From an uncultured bacterium (lineage in GTDB: Bacteria > Verrucomicrobiota > Kiritimatiellia > CAIKKV01 > CAITUY01), in NCBI GenBank assembly GCA_903895695.1, contig CAITUY010000122.1, positions 94 through 64,093 on the forward strand: a stretch of 64,000 nt of DNA, in the 5' to 3' direction. The translations under genes and the position numbers were made by a program. Position 1 is the stretch's first letter. Every line of letters starts with the position of its first letter. This document shows, one piece after another, positions 8,384 to 14,330 of this stretch. The notes beneath the pieces were generated by a model. The model saw nothing but the letters and a program-made list of their open reading frames with translations, was not told the DNA's origin and made no database searches.

Positions 8384-8502
8384 CCCCCTCACACAACGGA
8401 AGCCATTGTTGTTGTTCGTGTTCCCCGGCCCGTTGTTGTTCCGGTAGGCGCACCGCAGGTTGTCCGTGTTGTTGTTCCACGTGCCGCCCCGCAGGACGCG
8501 TC
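8384..8502 (-). repeat. DGR template repeat (TR)
   Basis: 8384-8500 aligns without gaps to VR 9999-10115 (offset 1615). The 18 mismatches are all plus-strand T in the TR, which is A on the coding strand. In the target frame the TR reads RVLRGGTWNNNTDNLRCAYRNNNGPGNTNNNNGFRCVRG and is rich in AAC codons. Confidence 0.92.
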
Positions 8503-9573
8503 CGCTATTCCCGCCGAACCTAGAATTCCGTCAATCTGACCTCTGATCCTCTCGACAGCCGTTCCCGAATCCGCCTCCATCGCATGCCCGCGCCAACTGT
8601 ACCACCGTTGCGACAGACTGCGTGGCGACAAGGCGCCTCTCGCGCATTCCCTTGCACACCACACCAACCGCCTCCGGGCCGCTCTGACATTCGGCGCGAC
8701 AAGTCGCCGCCGATTCGGCCAGACCCTCTGCCCCAGAAACGTCAATCCATCCCTCGTTTGGTATGTCCTCGACTTGCGTTCGTTCAGACGCAATCTCATC
8801 TCTGCCAATTCCCCTTGGATCGCCGCCCGCCATTCCGTCAACTGCCGCCGTTCCTCACCAAATAGTACGAAGTCGTCCACATACCGAAGATATCCAGGAC
8901 ACCGCAACGTTTCTTTGACCCAGTGGTCGAAGTCGGAAAGATACACGCACCCAAACCACTGACTGGTCAGGTTACCGATAGGCAATCCCACCCGAACGGC
9001 GCCGGCAACCGCCAGATCGTCGCCGGGAAACACCGTGCAGACCGACTCCTGCGGATTACTCGCGTCGACAATCGTGTCCAGCAACCACAGTGTCTCGCGG
9101 CATCCGATCGTCCGCCGTAGCGTGGTCTTCAGAATGCCGTGGTCCATGCTCGGAAAGTACTTCCGAATGTCGCACTTGAGTGCGTACGGAAAACGGCGCG
9201 CGTAATGCTGGCATCGGCGAATCGCCGCGTGCGTCCCCTTGCCCTCCCGATTGGAGTACAGATCGAAAATCATTTTCTGCTCGAATAACGGCATGATGAC
9301 CCGGCACAGGGCGTGGTGCACCACCCGGTCGCGAAACGGCGCGGCGCTGATCATGCGGGTCTTCGGCCGAGTGATCGTCCTGACGCTGTAACCGCCTGGC
9401 CGATAAGTCCGTTCCGACAACTCGCGCCGCAAGGCCATCAACTCGCTCTCCAGGTTCGTGTTGAAACGCCCCACCACGTCGGCAAAGCGCTTACCGCGGC
9501 TCGCCAGGCGAGCCGCGGCCAACAGGTTGTCGAACGCGCAAATCCGTTCGTACAAATGGTTGTGGGTCTCCAT
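8389..9573 (-). CDS. DGR reverse transcriptase
   Basis: 394 aa. RT motifs are present: ISAAPFRDRVVHHAL, the YVDD catalytic box (YLRYVDDFVLF) and the DGR hallmark LPIGNLTSQWF. The ATG at 9573 abuts the avd stop at 9574. The last ~37 codons (...CGAARGTTTRTTCGAPTGTTTGRGTRTTTMASVV) are the TR read in another frame. Confidence 0.92.
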   Translation of the reverse strand: METHNHLYERICAFDNLLAAARLASRGKRFADVVGRFNTNLESELMALRRELSERTYRPGGYSVRTITRPKTRMISAAPFRDRVVHHALCRVIMPLFEQKMIFDLYSNREGKGTHAAIRRCQHYARRFPYALKCDIRKYFPSMDHGILKTTLRRTIGCRETLWLLDTIVDASNPQESVCTVFPGDDLAVAGAVRVGLPIGNLTSQWFGCVYLSDFDHWVKETLRCPGYLRYVDDFVLFGEERRQLTEWRAAIQGELAEMRLRLNERKSRTYQTRDGLTFLGQRVWPNRRRLVAPNVRAARRRLVWCARECARGALSPRSLSQRWYSWRGHAMEADSGTAVERIRGQIDGILGSAGIADASCGAARGTTTRTTCGAPTGTTTGRGTRTTTMASVV

Positions 9574-9936
9574 TCAACCTTTCGTTTCCGGCCGTTCGGT
9601 ACCACATGCATGCTTGAGCCAACCGCCGATCATACGCCCAACATCATTCAACTTCTCGGCAATGGTTCCATACCGTTGCGTGTTCAGCAGTTTCAGGTCA
9701 TGCGCCAGCCTAACGAGATGCCGTGTCACCTCAATGCCCATGTTGGCATCCGCAAGGTACTGCCGCTTGTCTTTGCTGTAGTAGGCCCGCACGCAGCACT
9801 CCTGAATGTCCAACAGCTTGATTTCAATCCTGTCGCCCAAAACGAACTTCTGATCCCGCGGGAACTTCGCCAAGACCGGAACGACGTAAAGCATCAGGTC
9901 ATGCAACCGTGTAAGGACATTGTCGGAATCAGCCAT
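9574..9936 (-). CDS. avd: DGR accessory variability determinant (Avd; four-helix-bundle, 23S rRNA intervening-sequence protein family)
   Basis: 120 aa. LAKFPRDQKFVLGDRIEIKLLDIQECCVRAYY...LVRLAHDLKLL...YGTIAEKLNDVGRMIGGWLKH is the typical Avd pattern. It is located between the target and the RT. Confidence 0.85.
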   Translation of the reverse strand: MADSDNVLTRLHDLMLYVVPVLAKFPRDQKFVLGDRIEIKLLDIQECCVRAYYSKDKRQYLADANMGIEVTRHLVRLAHDLKLLNTQRYGTIAEKLNDVGRMIGGWLKHACGTERPETKG

Positions 9937-9992
9937 CTGAAACTATCCTCAGACGAAAATCGAAAAAGGGTAAAGAAGACAGAGCAAAAAGA

Positions 9993-11189
9993 TCAAAGCC
10001 CCCTCACACAACGGAAGCCATAGCCGTAGTACGAGCCCCCCGGCCCGTCGGCGTTCCGGCAGGCGCACCGCAGGTTGACCGAGTAGTCGTACCACGCGCC
10101 GCCCCGCAGGACGCGGCTTCCAACGGTCGCGGGGCCTTTCGGGTTATCGCCCGCTTCGGCCCACCCATAGTACGTGCTGTCATACCAGTCCCAACACCAC
10201 TCCCAGACATTGCCGGCCATGTCGTACAGCCCGCAACCATTCGCCATGTCCGGTCCGGCAGGTGTCTGCGCGCCGTTGTAGTAACCGCAGGGTGTGGTCC
10301 CCGGTGATCCACTCTCGTACGGATCGCCGCTGCCTGAATAGTTGGCATTGCTCCCGCCAATGGTGTCACCCCACGGATAGCGCTTTCCCGACAGACCGCC
10401 TCGGGCCGCCTTTTCCCACTCAGCCTCGGTCGGTAGACGGTACCCGTTGGCCGTCCATTTGACGCAGGCGTTGGATAGGTTCAGATTGCTGCTTCGGTAG
10501 ACGGTGCTCTGATCGGCACTGGTGTAGTAGACGGGCGTCAGACCTTCCTTCTCGGACCTCGCGTTGCACCACTTGACTGCATCAAACCAGTTCATGGTTT
10601 GAGCCGGGTGATCGGCGGCGCGACCGGAACCGTTGCTCAGATCGTACCCGTGCGAAGCCGACCAGGTCCTGACGTCAGTCCACAACGCGTACGACACTTC
10701 GAACTTATCCATGTAGAATGCGGTAACTTGCACGGTATGGACTGGTCTTTCGTTGTCGTTGCCGTCGCCGGGATTCGTGCCCATCAGGAACGGTCCCGGC
10801 GGAATGTAGGCCATGTTGAGGGGCGGCACGGGCGTGACGCCATCGCTGGAAATAACCCGCACACGGGCCGTATCCACATACTGCCCGTTCCAGTCCAAGC
10901 CGGCGTTCCAGACAATGTGCTTGTTCGATCCGGGCGTGATCCCGGTCCCCACGTCGCCCGACAAATTGACGACGGGGATGCGATAGGTGACGCCTCCATC
11001 GGCGGAGATCAGCACCTGTACCGACTGCGCATGCCCGGTGGCATCGGTGACATCGTAATAGATATCGACCTGTTTGGTGCCGGTCCGCTGGGACGCGTGC
11101 ACGTTCGACACGACTGGCGTGGCCCAGAGAGAGCCGCACGCCAAGGTCAATCCCGCCGCCAACACTCCCGCCAACCTTAACTTGCTCAT
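9993..11189 (-). CDS. DGR target protein: signal peptide, N-terminal beta-sandwich region, and FGE-sulfatase/C-type-lectin-fold domain ending in the VR
   Basis: ORF 9993..11267. The start was set at ATG 11189 (MSKLRLAGVLAAGLTLACGSLWA). The FGE-type domain is shown by YRLPTEAEWEKAARGG...YPWGD...LYDMAGNVWEWCWDWY...RVLRGGAWY. The C-terminal 39 aa form the VR (AWYDYSVNLRCACRNADGPGGSYYGYGFRCVRGL). Confidence 0.9.
   Translation of the reverse strand: MSKLRLAGVLAAGLTLACGSLWATPVVSNVHASQRTGTKQVDIYYDVTDATGHAQSVQVLISADGGVTYRIPVVNLSGDVGTGITPGSNKHIVWNAGLDWNGQYVDTARVRVISSDGVTPVPPLNMAYIPPGPFLMGTNPGDGNDNERPVHTVQVTAFYMDKFEVSYALWTDVRTWSASHGYDLSNGSGRAADHPAQTMNWFDAVKWCNARSEKEGLTPVYYTSADQSTVYRSSNLNLSNACVKWTANGYRLPTEAEWEKAARGGLSGKRYPWGDTIGGSNANYSGSGDPYESGSPGTTPCGYYNGAQTPAGPDMANGCGLYDMAGNVWEWCWDWYDSTYYGWAEAGDNPKGPATVGSRVLRGGAWYDYSVNLRCACRNADGPGGSYYGYGFRCVRGL
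9999..10117 (-). repeat. DGR variable repeat (VR) at the 3' end of the target gene
   Basis: This is the counterpart of TR 8384-8502. The 3' 23 nt (9999-10021) are identical to the TR (an IMH-like invariant end, ...GGCTTCCGTTGTGTGAGGGGG on the coding strand). Homology ends 4 nt upstream of the target stop codon. Confidence 0.92.
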
Positions 11190-11239
11190 GGTTGTTCTCC
11201 GGCCTAATTGGATCCCATCATCAGGTAACTGTGCAGGCA

Positions 11240-11261
11240 GCGTGCGCGAATAGTCGCACGC
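11240..11261. terminator. hairpin just downstream of the hemW stop, at the island edge
   Basis: gcgtgcg (11240-11246), an 8-nt loop, cgcacgc (11255-11261), a perfect 7-bp stem. There is no clear U-tract. Confidence 0.3.
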
Positions 11262-11279
11262 CGTCAACCGAGAACGGTC

Positions 11280-11313
11280 TTATGGCATGAGTTCAACCGC
11301 CACGGTGTCGGCC
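11280..11313. repeat. right copy of the direct repeat (functional 3' end of hemW)
   Basis: See 4832-4865. This copy is in frame with the full hemW ORF (…RDLADTVAVELMP-TAA). The left copy uses TGA and a synonymous Pro codon. Confidence 0.65.
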
Positions 11314-12677
11314 AGATCGCGACCGCGGGCCGTCAACACCCGGCGCCCGCCGAGGGTGCGTACCAGACCTTCGCGCCGCAGGCGCGCGAACGTCGTTGCC
11401 CAGTGGGTGCCGAGTGCCGACTGTTCCATCGAACCGCCAGGTAGGGCGACGGCGTCCTCGCCGCGCCGTGCCTGTTGCGTGCCTGTTACGGCGCGGCGGG
11501 GACGCCGTCGCCCTACCCCAATAGGCAAGGATGCATTCCGGGCGTCCAAAGCCGCCAGGATACCGGCCGGCTCAACGCCTTCAGCCATGCGCAGCCCAAA
11601 AATCAACCGTTCCACCGCCTCTGTTTCAGGTGTCAACCGCTCGACCTCACGGGGCGGCATCGACCCCGCCCGGGCTGCCTGCAAATAGGCGTCCAGATCC
11701 GGCGCGTTCGTCCAGCGCGAGTGGTTCGCATGCGAGGCCGCCGCACAGCCCACGCCGAGATACGACTCCCCGCGCCAGCAGGATACGTTGTGACGGCACT
11801 CGAACCCGGGCCGGGCGTAGTTGGAGATCTCATACCGCCGCAAGCCGGACGCCCGCAGCAGCTGTTCCGCCGTGTGCAGGCAGGCCAGTTGCCCCTCCTC
11901 ATCCAACAGGGCCGCGTCGCCCGCCGCGATCTGGCCCGCCAACCGGCTCCCCTCCTCACTCGTCAGAGCGTAGACTGACATGTGGGGCGGCCCCAGCGCC
12001 ACCGCGGCCCGCACGGTCTCAGCCCACTGCCGCGCCATGACGCCCGGCACGCATCCGATGAGATCGAGGCTCCAGTTCCGGAAGCCTGCCGCCCGGATAA
12101 GCGCGCAGGCCTCGCGGGCCTGGGCCGCTGTGTGACGCCGTCCCAACCGGGCCAGCACCGCATCGTCCAGCGACTGCACCCCAAGGCTGATCCGGTTCAC
12201 GCCGGCGGCCTTCAGCACGGCCAGGCGTTCCGCGTCGAGCGTGCCGGGATTGGCCTCGACGGTCCATTCTTTCAGCCGCCGCAGATCCAGATGCCGGGCC
12301 GGGATCGCGCACAGGCGGGCCAACTGCCGGACCGTCAGAATCGTGGGCGTGCCACCGCCCATGTAGAGCGTGCGCGGCGCCAGCGGCACTTGCGGACTGA
12401 CAGCGGCCTGCATGCTGCTGGTCCCGCAGTCCCCGACGGCGTCTACCGGCCGGGGACGGCCGGCTCCAAGACGAGCCAACGCCGACTTGGAGCCGGCGGT
12501 CCTCCGCCGGTAGCAATGGAGTCGACTTTCCGCCTCCAGTTCCAACTCCAGGGCGTCGAGATAGTCGTCGATGTCGCCGGTCCTGCCGGACAGCGAATAG
12601 AAGGCACAGTACCCGCACTTCCCGTCGCAGAACGGGACATGCAGATAAACGCCCTCAATGGGGGACGATGCGCGCAT
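11280..12677 (-). CDS. hemW: radical SAM family heme chaperone HemW (HemN-like, oxygen-independent coproporphyrinogen oxidase family)
   Basis: 465 aa. VYLHVPFCDGKCGYCAF is the CxxxCxxC radical-SAM cluster motif. Also present are LYMGGGTPT, EANPGTL and NRISLGVQSLDD. It is longer than usual because of two Arg/Ala/Gly-rich inserts. Confidence 0.8.
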   Translation of the reverse strand: MRASSPIEGVYLHVPFCDGKCGYCAFYSLSGRTGDIDDYLDALELELEAESRLHCYRRRTAGSKSALARLGAGRPRPVDAVGDCGTSSMQAAVSPQVPLAPRTLYMGGGTPTILTVRQLARLCAIPARHLDLRRLKEWTVEANPGTLDAERLAVLKAAGVNRISLGVQSLDDAVLARLGRRHTAAQAREACALIRAAGFRNWSLDLIGCVPGVMARQWAETVRAAVALGPPHMSVYALTSEEGSRLAGQIAAGDAALLDEEGQLACLHTAEQLLRASGLRRYEISNYARPGFECRHNVSCWRGESYLGVGCAAASHANHSRWTNAPDLDAYLQAARAGSMPPREVERLTPETEAVERLIFGLRMAEGVEPAGILAALDARNASLPIGVGRRRPRRAVTGTQQARRGEDAVALPGGSMEQSALGTHWATTFARLRREGLVRTLGGRRVLTARGRDLADTVAVELMP

Positions 12678-13497
12678 GCAACAGGTCCACCAGGCTGTCG
12701 GGCACGTTGAGGTGGCCGAATCCCGTGCCCAGGTGGATATCGGGGTTGATGGCGCCGTGGAAATCCGACCCGCCGCTCACGGCCAGGCCGTTCGCCTCGG
12801 CGATCGACAGGCATTGCTTCTGTTGGTCGGTATTGTGCTCCGAGTAGTACGCCTCAATGCCCTGCAATCCCTGGCGCGTCAGGTCGGCGACATACTCGCG
12901 CAACCGCCGCCGCTCGTAGCCCAGGGTGAACGGATGCGCCAACACCGACACGCCGCCTGCCTGGCGGATCAGGGCGATGCTCTCGGCGACCGAAAGCCGG
13001 AAACGGTCCGCGTAGGCCGGCTTCCCCTTGCCCAACAGCCGGCCGAAGGCCTCGTCCTTGTCCTTCACGAAACCCTTCTCGATCAACGCCATGGCAAAGT
13101 GCGGCCGGCCGACCACGTCTTCGAGCGCAAACTTCGCCACGTCGTCCCAGGCCAGCGCGATCCCGAGTTTGTGCAGCTTTTCGAGAATCAGGCGGTTACG
13201 GTCGACCCGCATGTTCCGCAGCCGGATGAGGGCCGCATCGAGGGCCGGGTTCCGGTGGTCGAGGAAAAGCCCGAGCATGTGCAGCGTGCCGGGGCCGAAC
13301 TCCACGCTGATTTCGACGCCGGAGATGCCCCGGATTCCAGCGGTCCCGCAGGCCTCGAGAAAGGGGTCGATCCCCATCATGCCGTCGTGATCCGTCAGCG
13401 CCAGCGCGGTCAGGCCCGCCTGGCGGGCGCGGTCCACCAGCGCGGCGGGCGTAAGCGTGCCGTCCGAAAACGTCGAATGGGTGTGAAGGTCAATCAT
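12655..13497 (-). CDS. PHP-domain metal-dependent phosphoesterase (TrpH/YciV-like)
   Basis: 280 aa. MIDLHTHSTFSDGTLTPAALVDRARQAGLTALALTDHD...ISGVEIS...VLAHP...GGSDFHG is the PHP motif series. Confidence 0.8.
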   Translation of the reverse strand: MIDLHTHSTFSDGTLTPAALVDRARQAGLTALALTDHDGMMGIDPFLEACGTAGIRGISGVEISVEFGPGTLHMLGLFLDHRNPALDAALIRLRNMRVDRNRLILEKLHKLGIALAWDDVAKFALEDVVGRPHFAMALIEKGFVKDKDEAFGRLLGKGKPAYADRFRLSVAESIALIRQAGGVSVLAHPFTLGYERRRLREYVADLTRQGLQGIEAYYSEHNTDQQKQCLSIAEANGLAVSGGSDFHGAINPDIHLGTGFGHLNVPDSLVDLLHARIVPH

Positions 13498-14330
13498 GGC
13501 GTAGATTCGTTCACGGCTCTTACCCAGTCGCGCAGGCGCTGCCGCTCCGGCAGGTCGCGCAGCACCCAGGCGTCCGTGTGATTGGGGTACGGTAGATCCA
13601 GATACGTGAACGGCGCGCGGATGCCGGTCGATTCCAGGTACCGGCGCGTCGGGCTCGCGGACCCCTCATGGCTGATGAAGACGGGCCGCCCGTTCAGTCG
13701 CTGCAGGCGCCCCAGCGCGGAAGCGCGGTCGGCGCCGGCATAGGGCCAGGATTCGATCACGCCGTCGTACTGGCTGTGCGCGATGAACCCGACCCAGAGC
13801 CTGGCGATCGTGTCATCGTGCAGCCCGATGAAATTGCACGCAATCGCACCTCGCGAAAAACCGGCCAGGAACACGGCGCTTGCGTCGCCGCCGTATTGCG
13901 TGCAGATACGCGCGACGCTCTGCCGGCAGTAGTCCACCGTCGCCTCCACGTCGCCCCACCATTGCGTGGCGTTGCGTTTCCCGACCGGGTCCACGTACGG
14001 CAGGCAAGCCCAGATGAACCCGCTGCCCCCCGAGATGCCGTAGCCAAGGTTGCTGCCTTCAACGGTGCCGTTCGAGACGTCGCCCAGTCCATTCCGGTAA
14101 TCGCCGTTCCCGGCGTATTCGACGATGACCGGATGGGTGCGGCCCGGCGCCCAATCCGCCGGCAGGTACAAGGCGTGGTGTACGCCGGTCCCCCGCCATT
14201 CCGGCCAGACTTGCCGGACGCGCTTGCCGGCCGTCGGTTCGCCCTCGGAAAGCGCCGGGGTCGTCAGGTCCGCCGGCAGATCGTTAAGCGGGATTGACGC
14301 GATTTTCAAACTCGGTCCTCCCGATCTCAC
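13494..14330 (-). CDS. alpha/beta-hydrolase esterase (CE1/PHB-depolymerase-like)
   Basis: ORF 13494..14510. The first ~60 codons overlap the upstream gene and are Arg/Trp/Pro-rich, which suggests an out-of-frame shadow. The likely start is therefore GTG 14330 or TTG 14309. The motif VFLAGFSRGAIA is a GxSxG elbow. The start coordinate is uncertain. Confidence 0.55.
   Translation of the reverse strand: MRSGGPSLKIASIPLNDLPADLTTPALSEGEPTAGKRVRQVWPEWRGTGVHHALYLPADWAPGRTHPVIVEYAGNGDYRNGLGDVSNGTVEGSNLGYGISGGSGFIWACLPYVDPVGKRNATQWWGDVEATVDYCRQSVARICTQYGGDASAVFLAGFSRGAIACNFIGLHDDTIARLWVGFIAHSQYDGVIESWPYAGADRASALGRLQRLNGRPVFISHEGSASPTRRYLESTGIRAPFTYLDLPYPNHTDAWVLRDLPERQRLRDWVRAVNESTP

Larger units (their letters stand above)
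8384..11189 (-). mobile_element. diversity-generating retroelement cassette, transcribed in the order target(VR) - avd - RT - TR
   Basis: See the component features. It has a TR/VR pair with adenine-only divergence, an Avd four-helix-bundle gene, and an RT with the DGR-specific IGNLTSQ motif. Confidence 0.92.
4866..11283. mobile_element. putative ~6.4-kb genomic island (vapBC, secreted hydrolase, DGR) inserted at the 3' end of hemW
   Basis: It is bracketed by the direct repeats at 4832-4865 and 11280-11313. The interior is visibly more A/T-rich than the flanks. It contains an addiction module and a retroelement. No integrase or recombinase ORF was recognised inside. Confidence 0.5.

Noticed and set aside
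8181-8480. N-terminal 100-codon extension of ORF 5664..8480
   Set aside because: The extension (MEQQHGQPAVRLPEQQRAGEHEQQQ...) is the TR and its downstream spacer read in a third frame. A proper signal peptide follows the internal ATG at 8180.
8389-9573. Group II intron maturase or retron RT as an alternative identity for the RT
   Set aside because: The adjacent Avd gene, the TR/VR pair with A-only divergence and the IGNLTSQ motif identify it as a DGR RT. I saw no intron RNA domains, X/En domains or msr/msd-like repeats.
9993-11189. Formylglycine-generating enzyme (sulfatase maturase) annotation for the FGE-domain protein
   Set aside because: It has a signal peptide, its C-terminus is the DGR VR, and no sulfatase gene lies nearby. 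Here the fold serves as a variable ligand-binding scaffold, as is known for DGR targets.
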